From positions 1 through 57,317 of the forward strand of contig JBNJFB010000011.1 in the NCBI GenBank assembly GCA_051746405.1: a stretch of 57,317 nucleotides of DNA. Direction: 5' to 3'. The notes below the pieces were generated by a model. That model did no database searches, was not told the origin of the DNA, and was given only the letters and a program-made list of their open reading frames with translations. A program made the position numbers and the translations under genes. Numbering within the stretch: the stretch's first letter is position 1; the number at the start of each line of letters is the position of its first letter. Shown piece after piece: positions 17,456 to 28,045 of this stretch. Source of the stretch: Campylobacterota bacterium. Its GTDB lineage: Bacteria > Campylobacterota > Campylobacteria > Campylobacterales > Arcobacteraceae.

Positions 17456-19276
17456 ATTAAAACAAATAGAAAAATAATATTATTAGTAACTCTTACTATT
17501 TTCTTTATGTTTATCTTGATGATTGTAAACTTCACTTACAACTTCAGAGAGTATGGAATAAAAAACATTGATAACAAAGCTACAATATTAGCTAAAACAG
17601 TAGAGCATGCATTAACAACTCAGATGCAAACAGGTGTAATTGACCAAAGAGAAATGTTTCTAAAACAGTTAGAAGACCTACCAAATATTGATAAAATATG
17701 GCTTAGTCGTGGACATAAAGTAATTGATATGTATGGAAAAGGCTTTAATAATGAAGTACCAAGGGATGATATTGATAAAAAAGTTTTAAAAACAGGTGAA
17801 GAGATAAAAATTATAAATGAAAATATCTTTTCAAATAGTACTTATAGAATTACAATACCTTATAAAGCAACGAAAAAAGGAGCTATAAACTGCCTTGAGT
17901 GTCACACAAACTCAAATGAAGGTGATACATTAGGTGCTATTACAATTACAATTCCTGTTGATGATTCAAAACAGATGGGAATTAGTACTGTTTTAAATAC
18001 AACTGCAATTGCATTAATAGTTATATTTGTTATTGGTTTTTTAATAAACTATTTAATCTCACCATTTTTAAAACTATTTGTTTCTATTAAACAAGTTATG
18101 AGTAAAGCTCAAAATGGTAACTACTCACATAGAGTAATAAATATTAAAAATAATAAAGATGCCCAAGATGTATCAAGCTGGGTAAATACCTTGCTTGAAA
18201 AACTAGAATCAACCCTAAATGATATTGACTCAAAAATATCTATTTTCTTGTCAAATAAACAAGAGGTTAATACTGACCCGCTAATAAATGTACAAAATAC
18301 TATTAACAGACTTTCATCAGTTTATAAGTTTAGAAAGACTATTGAACATGATGATAATTCAGAAGAGATTTATAAAAGACTTGCAAATATTATTCGTGAT
18401 ATTTTAGAAGTTGATGAGTTTAATATTATAGAAGCCAATACAAGAACAGGTAAAAAAACTATTGTTTATAAAACTAAAAACTTCTATTGTGATACAAAGT
18501 CTATCTGTAGAGCCGACAAAACAAATGAAATTGTTGACTCTTCACAATTTAAAAATATCTGTAAATCATGTCAAAATGATGATTTAAACTATATTTGTAT
18601 CCCTTACTCAATATCAAATGATTTAGATTTAGTTATCTCAATATATACAAAACATGAGTCACAAAATCAAAAAATAAGGGAAAAAGTACCTTTAATAAAA
18701 GATTATATTGATGGTGCAAAACCTGTAATTATTTCTAATAAACTTATGAATATATTGGAAAAAAATGCAAAAACTGATCCATTAACAGGACTTTATAATA
18801 GAAAGTTTTTAGATGAAGAGTCAAATAAAATAATTGAGCAAGCAAAAAGAGCAAGAATATCCTATGGTATTTTAATGCTTGATATTGACCACTTTAAAAT
18901 AGTAAATGATACCTATGGACATGATGTTGGAGATAATGCAATTAAAATAGTTGCCCAAACACTAAATGAGAATACAAGAACTTCTGATATTGTAGTTAGA
19001 TTTGGCGGAGAAGAGTTTATAATACTTCTTTACAACTGTAATAAAGACTATTTAATTGATGTTGCAGATAAGATTAGGATTGCATTTATGGAAAAAGAGA
19101 TTCCAGCAGGGAATGAAACTATTACAAAAACTATGAGTATTGGATGTTCTATTTTCCCAACTAATAGCAATGATATACAAACATGTATAAAGTATGCGGA
19201 TACAGCTTTATATAAAGCAAAACAGACAGGTAGAAATAAAACTGTATTATATACTGAAGATTTAAATAATAGCTAG
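17456..19276 (+). CDS. Membrane diguanylate cyclase with a periplasmic CxxCH haem-c sensor, HAMP-like and GAF-like regions; start probably ATT at 17456 (track gives ATG 17507)
   Basis: CLECH, DPLTGLYNR, DIDHFK, RTSD I-site, GGEEF; the frame is open upstream to the TAG at 17444. Confidence 0.88.
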   Translation: MKTNRKIILLVTLTIFFMFILMIVNFTYNFREYGIKNIDNKATILAKTVEHALTTQMQTGVIDQREMFLKQLEDLPNIDKIWLSRGHKVIDMYGKGFNNEVPRDDIDKKVLKTGEEIKIINENIFSNSTYRITIPYKATKKGAINCLECHTNSNEGDTLGAITITIPVDDSKQMGISTVLNTTAIALIVIFVIGFLINYLISPFLKLFVSIKQVMSKAQNGNYSHRVINIKNNKDAQDVSSWVNTLLEKLESTLNDIDSKISIFLSNKQEVNTDPLINVQNTINRLSSVYKFRKTIEHDDNSEEIYKRLANIIRDILEVDEFNIIEANTRTGKKTIVYKTKNFYCDTKSICRADKTNEIVDSSQFKNICKSCQNDDLNYICIPYSISNDLDLVISIYTKHESQNQKIREKVPLIKDYIDGAKPVIISNKLMNILEKNAKTDPLTGLYNRKFLDEESNKIIEQAKRARISYGILMLDIDHFKIVNDTYGHDVGDNAIKIVAQTLNENTRTSDIVVRFGGEEFIILLYNCNKDYLIDVADKIRIAFMEKEIPAGNETITKTMSIGCSIFPTNSNDIQTCIKYADTALYKAKQTGRNKTVLYTEDLNNS

Positions 19277-19331
19277 ATTATAAGAGCTTTTTAGCTATAA
19301 TCTTGTTTTATATACTATTTTAGGAAGTTTT

Positions 19332-20240
19332 ATGCAAAAAAAATATCAAAAAGTTCAAACCCTATTAGATGCTATTCCACATATTAAAAAGTTTTATGGA
19401 AAAACAATTGTAATAAAATACGGAGGTTCAGCACAGACAAGTCCTGAACTAAAAGAGAAGTTTGCCCAAGATATTGTACTACTATCTCTTGTTGGAGTTA
19501 AACCTGTTATTGTTCATGGTGGAGGAGCTAGAATATCAGAACTATTAGATAGATTAAATATTAGTTCAGAGTTTTTAGATGGCCATAGAATTACCTGTGA
19601 AGAGACTATGAGAGTTGTAGAAATGGTTCTAAGTGGTGAAATAAATAAAAATATAACTTCACTTTTGAACCATCATGGAGCTAAGGCTATTGGAGTTTCA
19701 GGAAAAGACTCTTCAATGATAAAAGCAGAACCTAAAGATGAAGGAAGATTTGGTTTTACAGGTGTTGTAACTAGTATAAATGGCAAAATGATAAATAACC
19801 TTATAAATGAAGGGTTTATTCCAGTTATTGCACCAATTGCAGATAGTGCACAACCTAATCATCCAGGCTTTAATATTAATGCAGATGTTGCCGCATCTAA
19901 AGTAGCAAGTGCAATTAATGCACAAAAAGTTCTTTTTTTAACTGATACAGTTGGAGTTTTAGACAAAGAGGGCAATTTGCTAAATTCACTTGATAAAGAG
20001 GATGTTGAGAATTATAAACAAAATGGAACTATTGCAGGTGGGATGATTCCAAAAGTTGATTCATGTATCGATGCAATATATAATGGAGTAAATAAAGCCC
20101 ATATCATTGATGGTAGAGTTGAACACTCTATTTTACTTGAACTATTTACAAGTGATGGAGTTGGAACACAATTTTTAAGAAAAGATAATCCAAATAATGA
20201 TATTAATATGGAAAAACTTCTAAATGATGAGGATAACTAA
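19332..20240 (+). CDS. argB: Acetylglutamate kinase
   Basis: VIKYGG, VHGGG, NINAD, GGMIPK. Confidence 0.96.
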   Translation: MQKKYQKVQTLLDAIPHIKKFYGKTIVIKYGGSAQTSPELKEKFAQDIVLLSLVGVKPVIVHGGGARISELLDRLNISSEFLDGHRITCEETMRVVEMVLSGEINKNITSLLNHHGAKAIGVSGKDSSMIKAEPKDEGRFGFTGVVTSINGKMINNLINEGFIPVIAPIADSAQPNHPGFNINADVAASKVASAINAQKVLFLTDTVGVLDKEGNLLNSLDKEDVENYKQNGTIAGGMIPKVDSCIDAIYNGVNKAHIIDGRVEHSILLELFTSDGVGTQFLRKDNPNNDINMEKLLNDEDN

Positions 20241-21718
20241 TGAATTTTACAGAGACAAGAGGAAATGATGGTTTAAAACCAAAAGAGATAAGTTTTAGCG
20301 AAGCTATTTTAAATCCTAGTGCATCTTTTGGTGGATTATATGTACCAAGCAATCTTCCAAAGCTAGATGATAACTTTCTTTTAAATCATATCAATGACGA
20401 CTATAAAGAGCTTGCATACTCAATTTTAAAAGCTTTTGAAATTGATATTGATGAAGATGAAATCAAAAAAGCTTTAGACTTATACGACAACTTTGACAAT
20501 CCAGCTGACCCATGCCCTGTTGTGAAAGTAAAAGATGATCTTTTTGTTCAAGAACAATACCATGGACCAACTCGTGCTTTTAAAGATATGGCACTGCAAC
20601 CTTTTGGTTCTATTTTAAGCTCAATAGCAAAAAAAAGAAATGAAAACTATCTAATTTTAGCTGCAACTAGTGGTGATACAGGTCCTGCTGCTCTTAACAC
20701 TTTTAAAAACAAAGATAATATTAAAATTGCTTGTTTATACCCAAATGGTGGCACATCTGATGTTCAAAGATTACAAATGGTTTGTGAAGATGGTGATAAT
20801 CAAAAAATAATTGGTATAGAGGGTAACTTTGATGATGCACAAACTGCTTTAAAAAATCTATTATCATCTAGTTCATTTAAAGAAGAGTTAGACAAACACA
20901 ATATTAGACTAAGTGCTGCAAACTCTGTGAATTTTGGAAGAATTATATTCCAAATAATTTATCACTTTCATTCATACTTAGAGCTTCTAAAGCAAGGTGA
21001 AGTTGAATATGGGCAAGAGATTTACTTAGTAGTGCCATCAGGAAACTTTGGAAATGTATTAGGTGGATTTTATGCAAAACAAATGGGTGTTCCTATTAAA
21101 AAACTGCTAGTTGCTTCAAATGAGAATAATATTTTAACACAATGGATTAATACAGGAGTTTATGATATAAGAAATAAAGATTTAATTCTTACAAATTCAC
21201 CTGCAATGGATATTTTAAAGTCTTCAAATATTGAAAGAGTTTTATATTCACTTTATGGTTCTAAAAGAACAAAAGAGTTACTAGATGATTTAAATAATAA
21301 CAAAATATTTAAACTCTCACAAGAAGAGACTTCAAGACTTCAAAGTTATTTTAGTGCAATTGACTCAGATGATGAGTATGGGTTAAAAACTATAAAGTCA
21401 TTCTTAGATGATGGATACCTAATGGACCCTCATACAGCTACTTGTATAAAAGCTTATGAGAATTTAAGAGAAGATGACATTCCAACTGTTATTTACTCTA
21501 CAGCTGAATGGACAAAGTTTTCACCAACTGTATTAAATGCCCTAAAAGATAATAATAAAAACTATCCTGACAAAGAAGCTTTAGAAGAGATATCAACTAA
21601 ATACAATGCTTCTTTACCAAAATGTATTGAAGAACTATTTGAAAAAAAGATAATTCACAAAGATATAATAGACAAAAAAGATATTGAAGAAAATATCATT
21701 AAATTTATCAAAGAATAA
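20240..21718 (+). CDS. thrC: Threonine synthase
   Basis: HGPTRAFKD, ATSGDTG, NSVNFGR, PSGNFGN. Confidence 0.96.
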   Translation: MNFTETRGNDGLKPKEISFSEAILNPSASFGGLYVPSNLPKLDDNFLLNHINDDYKELAYSILKAFEIDIDEDEIKKALDLYDNFDNPADPCPVVKVKDDLFVQEQYHGPTRAFKDMALQPFGSILSSIAKKRNENYLILAATSGDTGPAALNTFKNKDNIKIACLYPNGGTSDVQRLQMVCEDGDNQKIIGIEGNFDDAQTALKNLLSSSSFKEELDKHNIRLSAANSVNFGRIIFQIIYHFHSYLELLKQGEVEYGQEIYLVVPSGNFGNVLGGFYAKQMGVPIKKLLVASNENNILTQWINTGVYDIRNKDLILTNSPAMDILKSSNIERVLYSLYGSKRTKELLDDLNNNKIFKLSQEETSRLQSYFSAIDSDDEYGLKTIKSFLDDGYLMDPHTATCIKAYENLREDDIPTVIYSTAEWTKFSPTVLNALKDNNKNYPDKEALEEISTKYNASLPKCIEELFEKKIIHKDIIDKKDIEENIIKFIKE

Positions 21719-21786
21719 TAGATTTTCTTTGATAAAAACTAAACCTGAGTAACAATTTCACAAAAATAGCACAAACATAACATTTT

Positions 21787-21828
21787 ATGACTAAAGTCAA
21801 ATCAATTTAAGTAAGAAAACAATATAAT
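21787..21828 (+). promoter_or_regulatory. petABC promoter with a Crp/Fnr-like box
   Basis: ATGAC-TAAA-GTCAA at 21787-21800, centred -41.5 from TATAAT at 21823-21828. Confidence 0.6.
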
Positions 21829-21862
21829 GTAAGGATTTCAATTTAAAAAAAGGAAGCCAAAC

Positions 21863-22363
21863 ATGTCTAATGAAACTAATAGACGAGATTTTCTTGGTTA
21901 TTCATTCGCTGCAGTTGCTGCAGTAGGTGGGGCTGCATCACTTGTTGGTATGAAACAAGCGTGGGATCCACTTCCTAGCGTACTAGCTGGCGGTTTTACT
22001 GAAGTAGAGCTGGGTGAATTAAGACCAGGGAAGCCTGTTACGATTACGTGGAGAGGAAAGCCTATTTTTCTTTTAAAGAAAAGTGCTGATATGGAAGATA
22101 ATAAGAGAGATTTAGTAATTGGTGAAGATAGATTCACTGTTGCTATTGGTTTGTGTACACACTTAGGTTGTATTCCAGCATGGAAAGACAAAATGTGGAA
22201 GTGTGCATGTCACGGTGGGGAGTTTAATCCTAGTGCTGAGCAAACATTTGGACCTCCACCAAGGCCACTTGATTTACCTCCATTTAGTGTTAATGGCACT
22301 TCAATCACTTTAGGTGAAGAAGGTCCACAATACAAAGAAATCGCTAAAGCGATGATGGCTTAA
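21863..22363 (+). CDS. petA: Rieske Fe-S subunit of the bc1 complex
   Basis: Tat motif RRDFL, CTHLGC, CACHG. Confidence 0.96.
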   Translation: MSNETNRRDFLGYSFAAVAAVGGAASLVGMKQAWDPLPSVLAGGFTEVELGELRPGKPVTITWRGKPIFLLKKSADMEDNKRDLVIGEDRFTVAIGLCTHLGCIPAWKDKMWKCACHGGEFNPSAEQTFGPPPRPLDLPPFSVNGTSITLGEEGPQYKEIAKAMMA

Positions 22364-22373
22364 GGAGTAATTA

Positions 22374-23624
22374 ATGGCAAAATTTGAAAAAGCTAACTCA
22401 GTTGGTGAATGGTTAGATCAAAGACTTAATACTACTGCATTAAAAAAAGTTTTAATGACAGAGTATTGGATTCCAAAAGATATTAACTTCTTATGGGCGA
22501 TGGGTGTATTATTAGCTACAACATTTGGTATTCTTGTAATTTCAGGGATTTTCTTAATGATGTATTACAAGCCAGATGTAAATCTTGCTTTTGATTCAGT
22601 TAACTATACAATTATGCAAGAAGTTGCATTTGGTTGGTTATTTAGGCATATGCATGGAGTCGCTGCATCAGTTGTCTTCTTGGTTATTTATATCCATATG
22701 TTTACAGGTATCTATTATGGTTCTTATAAACAAGGTAGAGAGATGATTTGGATTTCAGGTATGTTACTATTTATGACATTCTCTGCTGCTGGTTTCTCTG
22801 GTTATATGCTACCTTGGGGACAAATGTCTTATTGGGCTGCTATGGTTATTACAAACCTATTTGGTGGAGTACCTGTTATTGGTGATCAATTAGTTATTTG
22901 GATTAGAGGTGACTTTAATGTTGCAGATGCTACATTAACAAGATTCTTTATGTTACACGTTTTCTTACTACCTGTAGTTATTATGGGTATTATAGGACTT
23001 CACTTCTATACACTTAGAATTCCTCACGTTAATAATCAAAACTCTGAAGATATTGATTTTGATGCAGAAGCTGAAAAATACTTATCTGGAAATAAAAGAG
23101 AATCAAAAGTTATACCTTTCTGGCCTGTATTTATCTCTAAAGATTTAGCAGTACTTGGTATTTTCTTAATTTTCTATTTCTATTTAGTATTCTTCCACTA
23201 TAACTTTGCAATGGACCCAGTTAACTTTGATCCAGCTGATCCAATGGTAACTCCAGCGCATATTTATCCAGAGTGGTACTTCCTATGGTCTTATGAAGTG
23301 TTAAGAGGATTCTTCTTTGATGTTGGACCTGTTAAAGCCTTTGATATAGGTTTAATAGCATTTGCATTTGCCAACGTTATTTTCTTAGTATTACCATGGC
23401 TAGATAGAGATCCAAAAATATTGCCAGCACACAAAAGACCTAAATTCTTTATTTGGTTCTGGATTTTAATGGCTGATTTAATTTTATTAACTGTATATGG
23501 TAAATTACCTCCAACAGGTATAAATGCATGGGTTGGTTTCTTTGCGGCATCAGCATTTATTATCTTGTTCTTAATATTACCAATTATTACAAAAGCAGAT
23601 GCTAAAAAAAGGGGTGATGTATGA
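22374..23624 (+). CDS. petB: Cytochrome b
   Basis: RHMHG, PWGQMSYW, PEWY. Confidence 0.97.
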   Translation: MAKFEKANSVGEWLDQRLNTTALKKVLMTEYWIPKDINFLWAMGVLLATTFGILVISGIFLMMYYKPDVNLAFDSVNYTIMQEVAFGWLFRHMHGVAASVVFLVIYIHMFTGIYYGSYKQGREMIWISGMLLFMTFSAAGFSGYMLPWGQMSYWAAMVITNLFGGVPVIGDQLVIWIRGDFNVADATLTRFFMLHVFLLPVVIMGIIGLHFYTLRIPHVNNQNSEDIDFDAEAEKYLSGNKRESKVIPFWPVFISKDLAVLGIFLIFYFYLVFFHYNFAMDPVNFDPADPMVTPAHIYPEWYFLWSYEVLRGFFFDVGPVKAFDIGLIAFAFANVIFLVLPWLDRDPKILPAHKRPKFFIWFWILMADLILLTVYGKLPPTGINAWVGFFAASAFIILFLILPIITKADAKKRGDV

Positions 23625-24493
23625 GAGAATTAAAAATATTAGCAGTTGTAGTAGCTTTAACACTTATTACATACTGGGGTGTTGAGCCTTTTGCACACTC
23701 TCAAATGCACCCTCATGTTAAGCCTGCAGATTTTGAGTTTGAAGATGTAGATGGATTAAATGGTAAAAATGGCGACCCTATAAATGGTAAAGCTTTAGTT
23801 ACAGCAAACTGTACAGCTTGTCACTCAATTGAAGCAGAGGGATTCCCTCAACTTATGGATAATGAAAGTAGTGCTGCTGCTTATGGTGTAGTACCACCTG
23901 ATTTAAGTACAGCTGGTAAGATTTATAATGAAGATTACCTAGCTGCATTTATTAAAGACCCTATAAAAGCTTCAAAAGTTGAGCATAAATTTGATGAGGG
24001 TAGAGCCCATCCAATGCCAGGTTATGCTTGGATGCAAGATCAAGAAATAGCTGATATGGTTGCATATTTACAATCAATTGCACCTGAAGATATTTCAAAT
24101 AAGCAGGTTTTTGTTGACTCTTGTCAAAGATGTCATGGAATTAAATACGCTGATATGCAAAATGGTACAATGGCATCATTTACACCAGATGCAAATATCA
24201 AAAAATATATGGGTAAAATTCCACCTGATTTATCTCAATATATCAGAAGTAGAGGTGAGAGTTATTTAACTACATTTATTAACGATCCTCAAAAGCATTT
24301 AGATGGAACTGCAATGCCTAGAGTTGGTTTAAATGAAAAATCTCAAGATCAAGTAATTAGATATATGGAAGAAGTTGGTGATTCAAGTAAAGAAAAAAGA
24401 GAAGAGTTAGGACCTAAGTTCTTGATTTACTTTGTAATCTTTGCAATATTTGCATTCCTATGGAAAGCAAAACAGTGGAGAGAAGTTCACTAA
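23621..24493 (+). CDS. petC: Dihaem cytochrome c subunit of the bc1 complex
   Basis: CTACH and CQRCH, two PPDLS motifs, C-terminal TM. Confidence 0.93.
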   Translation: MRELKILAVVVALTLITYWGVEPFAHSQMHPHVKPADFEFEDVDGLNGKNGDPINGKALVTANCTACHSIEAEGFPQLMDNESSAAAYGVVPPDLSTAGKIYNEDYLAAFIKDPIKASKVEHKFDEGRAHPMPGYAWMQDQEIADMVAYLQSIAPEDISNKQVFVDSCQRCHGIKYADMQNGTMASFTPDANIKKYMGKIPPDLSQYIRSRGESYLTTFINDPQKHLDGTAMPRVGLNEKSQDQVIRYMEEVGDSSKEKREELGPKFLIYFVIFAIFAFLWKAKQWREVH

Positions 24494-24502
24494 AACTTAT
24501 AA

Positions 24503-24525
24503 AAAAGAGTCTTAAAGGCTCTTTT
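24503..24525 (+). terminator. Hairpin between petC and the downstream cytochrome gene
   Basis: AAAAGAGTC-ttaaa-GGCTCTTTT (one G-U pair). Confidence 0.5.
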
Positions 24526-24549
24526 GAAAAATATAAAAAGGAAACTTAA

Positions 24550-24945
24550 ATGAGATTAGCAAAACTATTAATAGCTTGTTCACTTGCATTTTCAGCAACT
24601 TATGCTCAAGATGTGATGCAAAAATCAATGTCAATGATGGAAAAAGGTATGACTCAAATTCAAAAAGGTTTTTTAAATAATAATCTTGAATTGATAAAAG
24701 AAGGGTCTATTTTAGTAAAAGAGGGTAATGATATGTTTTCAGATAAAAAAGTTATCTCAAAATACTTACCTGAAAATAAAAAACACCTAAAAAATGTTGC
24801 AGCAACAACTAGTGAAAGAATTTCACTAAGTCTGAATGTATTAGAATTAAACTTAGATGATAAAGCATATTTAAATGCATCTGATGCATATTCTAATATG
24901 TTAAATGCATGTTCAAGATGTCACTCTATTGTAAGAAATTGGTAG
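24550..24945 (+). CDS. Periplasmic monohaem class II (c'/c556-like) cytochrome c
   Basis: Sec signal peptide, likely helical sequence, C-terminal CSRCH. Confidence 0.8.
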   Translation: MRLAKLLIACSLAFSATYAQDVMQKSMSMMEKGMTQIQKGFLNNNLELIKEGSILVKEGNDMFSDKKVISKYLPENKKHLKNVAATTSERISLSLNVLELNLDDKAYLNASDAYSNMLNACSRCHSIVRNW

Positions 24946-24967
24946 TTTAAAAAAGTAAAAATACTTT

Positions 24968-24996
24968 AAAGCTAAGGTAAAACCTTAGCTTTTTTT
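24968..24996. terminator. Terminator between convergent genes
   Basis: AAAGCTAAGGT-aaa-ACCTTAGCTTT followed by a T-run. Confidence 0.8.
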
Positions 24997-25000
24997 ATGT

Positions 25001-25672
25001 CTATACTAAAATTTTTGAAGCTGCACTAATTACAGCAGTTTCACTTCTTAAGATTAAATTTGATTTAAAACCTACTATTTTATCACTTTGGAAATTTTCT
25101 CTTTCATCACTACTAAAGCCTCCTTCACAGCCAACTAAAATAGTATTAATATCTTCTTTACAGTCACTTATAAGCTTTTTAGAAAAATCTACTAAATAGA
25201 TATCATTATTCTCTTCAATAAACCTATCTAAACTATCACAAGTTTTTAACTGTATTATTGAGGACCTACCACATTGTGATGAAGAGTTGTATAAAATTCT
25301 TTTTAGTTTTTCCATATTAATTTTAAAATTAGTTTGGGAGTATTTACAATATATAAATGTAATTTTATTGACTCCTATTTCATTTAAAGAAGCAATATTT
25401 TTCTCAATAAGTTTTGGGTCAATTACACACCATCCAAGATGAAGTTTTTTTTGGTTTTCAACTACTTTTTTCACTTTTTCTAAAAGAGTTAAAGTGGCAC
25501 TTTTTCTTGCTACAGAGTCTAACTTGTATAGATAAATATACTCATCTTGCAAGTTTCTAAAATATATCTCATCCCCTACTTTATGTCTTCTTGCTTTTAT
25601 AAGATACTTGAAGTTATCATTATTTATTTCTAAGATATCATTTTTAGCATTAACATCATAAGTAAACTGCAT
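25001..25672 (-). CDS. rsmE: 16S rRNA m3U1498 methyltransferase
   Basis: VGCEGGFS, ILRSETA. Confidence 0.92.
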   Translation of the reverse strand: MQFTYDVNAKNDILEINNDNFKYLIKARRHKVGDEIYFRNLQDEYIYLYKLDSVARKSATLTLLEKVKKVVENQKKLHLGWCVIDPKLIEKNIASLNEIGVNKITFIYCKYSQTNFKINMEKLKRILYNSSSQCGRSSIIQLKTCDSLDRFIEENNDIYLVDFSKKLISDCKEDINTILVGCEGGFSSDERENFQSDKIVGFKSNLILRSETAVISAASKILV

Positions 25673-26076
25673 TAAAATACCTTAGATATAATAAATACAC
25701 TACATAAAACAGCTATTTCTATAATATATATTTTTTTTGCATACTTGTAAAACTCTTTTTGTAGTTCCTTATCGCCTGTTTTAATAACTCTCATTTTTTT
25801 ATATCTTTTAATCTCAATTACCAAAAGAAAAATTGATGTTGGAATCATTATAAAAATTGTAAAACTCATTAGGTGTGCATAAAAAGCAACAATTGTACCT
25901 GTATACATCACTATAGCATTGGTTAAATGATACAGTGGAGTCATAAATCTTAACCTTATTGCTAATTTCATAAAATCTTTTACTTTTATTACAGAATAAA
26001 GATTAAATATCATAATTGCTAAAAAAAAGTATAACACATACACATGTGTGTTAATAGCACTTTGCATTAATTCCAT
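25672..26076 (-). CDS. Hypothetical membrane protein (about 4 TM)
   Basis: Hydrophobic ORF translationally coupled to rsmE. Confidence 0.8.
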   Translation of the reverse strand: MELMQSAINTHVYVLYFFLAIMIFNLYSVIKVKDFMKLAIRLRFMTPLYHLTNAIVMYTGTIVAFYAHLMSFTIFIMIPTSIFLLVIEIKRYKKMRVIKTGDKELQKEFYKYAKKIYIIEIAVLCSVFIISKVF

Positions 26077-26148
26077 TGTTTATCTCACTTTTAAAATTTT
26101 TTGGTATTATATCTAACTTGTCATAAGTTTTTTATTTCAAAATAAGGA

Positions 26149-27378
26149 TTGTACATGTCTATGAGTTTAAATGAAGCAATTGATTTAATATCAAATATTA
26201 ATATAAGTAATCGTTATGAAATCATACCAATAGAAAATGCTTCAAATAGAGTATGTGCTCAAGATATATATGCAACATCAAATTTACCAAAATTTAACAA
26301 CTCAGCCATGGATGGCTATGCTGTATTAGATGTGGATATCAATGATGAATTAGATATACAACAAATAGTTTTTGCAGGTGACACTAAACCTGAAAATATA
26401 AAAAATAATCATGCTATAAAGATAATGACAGGTGCAATTGCTCCTACAAATACAAAAGCTATTATTCCAAAAGAAGACATAATAAAACTTAATGATAAAA
26501 AAATTAAAATACAAAAAAATACAAAAAAATTTCAACATATAAGATTTGAGGGTGAAGATATAAAAGAAGGTAACCTTTTAATAAAAAACTCTGAAGTCTT
26601 AGAGTATTCAAAGATTACCCTTCTTGCAAGTCAAGGTATCTCTTATATAAAAGTCTATAAAAAACCAAAAGTTGTAGTATTTGCAAGTGGAGAAGAGCTT
26701 AAACTTCACTATGAATATGCACAATCCCATCAGATTTATAACTCAAATACACCTACCTATCTTGCAAGAGCTAAAGAGCTTGGTTGTGATACAGTTTTTA
26801 TAGGACAAGCTAAAGACAATATTAACTCATTAAAAGATTTAATTAAAAACTCACTGGATGCTGATTTAATTATAACTTCAGGTGGAGTTTCAGTGGGTGA
26901 TGCTGATTTTACAAAAGAAGCTTTTGAACAGCTTAATTTTGAAACTATAATAGATACTATTGCAATTAAACCAGGTAAGCCTACTATTTTTGGAAAAATT
27001 GATAATACATATGTATTAAATCTTCCAGGTAATCCTTTAGCATCTGCTTTGATTTTTGAAGTTTTTGGCAAACTTATTATTCAAAAACTGCTTGGTAATA
27101 AAGATATTTACTATAACTATATTGAAACAAAGCTAAGCCATGATTTTGAAAATAAAAAAGGAAGAGTAACAATCTTGCCAGGATATTTTGATGGAGAGGC
27201 TTTTACTATTTCACAAAATAGATCACCTGGAATGGTTAGTACATTAAGTTCATGTAATGCTATTACTATTTTTGATAGTGAAGTTACTAAATTAGATAAA
27301 GATACAAAAATCAAAGTCTTACCTATAAAATGGAATTTTTTTACAAACATTAAAAAGGATTTTATAACTTATGAGTAA
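26149..27378 (+). CDS. moeA: Molybdopterin molybdotransferase; start probably ATG at 26155
   Basis: [28 protein letters not shown]. Confidence 0.94.
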   Translation: MYMSMSLNEAIDLISNINISNRYEIIPIENASNRVCAQDIYATSNLPKFNNSAMDGYAVLDVDINDELDIQQIVFAGDTKPENIKNNHAIKIMTGAIAPTNTKAIIPKEDIIKLNDKKIKIQKNTKKFQHIRFEGEDIKEGNLLIKNSEVLEYSKITLLASQGISYIKVYKKPKVVVFASGEELKLHYEYAQSHQIYNSNTPTYLARAKELGCDTVFIGQAKDNINSLKDLIKNSLDADLIITSGGVSVGDADFTKEAFEQLNFETIIDTIAIKPGKPTIFGKIDNTYVLNLPGNPLASALIFEVFGKLIIQKLLGNKDIYYNYIETKLSHDFENKKGRVTILPGYFDGEAFTISQNRSPGMVSTLSSCNAITIFDSEVTKLDKDTKIKVLPIKWNFFTNIKKDFITYE

Positions 27379-28045
27379 AAAAAAAGCAATTTGTATATTA
27401 AGTGGAGGAATGGACTCAACCCTAGCTTCATACATAGCAAAAAATGATGGCTATGAAATAATTGCCGTTCATTTCAACTATGGACAAAGAACTCAAGACA
27501 AAGAGCTTGAGTCTTTTAATAGCATCTGTGAAGATTTACAAATAAAAGAAAAGTATGAAATAGATATACCATTTTTCACACAAATAGGTGCAAATGCACT
27601 TACAGATAGAAGCATTGATATACCAATTTCTGGTATTGAAAATGGAGTTCCCGTAACTTATGTACCATTTAGAAATGGAATTTTTTTATCAATAACAGCT
27701 GCAATTGCTGAAAAAGAGAATGCAACTGCCATGTATATAGGAGTTGTACAAGAAGATAGTTCAGGTTATCCTGACTGTACTGATGAGTTTATTGAAACCA
27801 TAAAAAAAGCCATAAATATAGGTACAAAAAAAACTACACATATTGATATTATTACCCCTTTAGTTCATATGACAAAAGCCCAAATTGTTACAAAAAGCTT
27901 AGAGTTAAACGTACCCTTAGAGCATACTTGGTCTTGTTATCAAGAAAGCAATGAAGCTTGTGGAGTTTGTGATAGTTGTAGATTAAGATTAAATGGATTT
28001 AAAATAGCTAATGCTACTGATCCAATTAAATATAAGGACTTCTAA
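27371..28045 (+). CDS. queC: 7-cyano-7-deazaguanine synthase
   Basis: SGGMDS, YGQR, VPFRN, YPDC, SCY...CGVCDSC. Confidence 0.96.
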   Translation: MSKKKAICILSGGMDSTLASYIAKNDGYEIIAVHFNYGQRTQDKELESFNSICEDLQIKEKYEIDIPFFTQIGANALTDRSIDIPISGIENGVPVTYVPFRNGIFLSITAAIAEKENATAMYIGVVQEDSSGYPDCTDEFIETIKKAINIGTKKTTHIDIITPLVHMTKAQIVTKSLELNVPLEHTWSCYQESNEACGVCDSCRLRLNGFKIANATDPIKYKDF

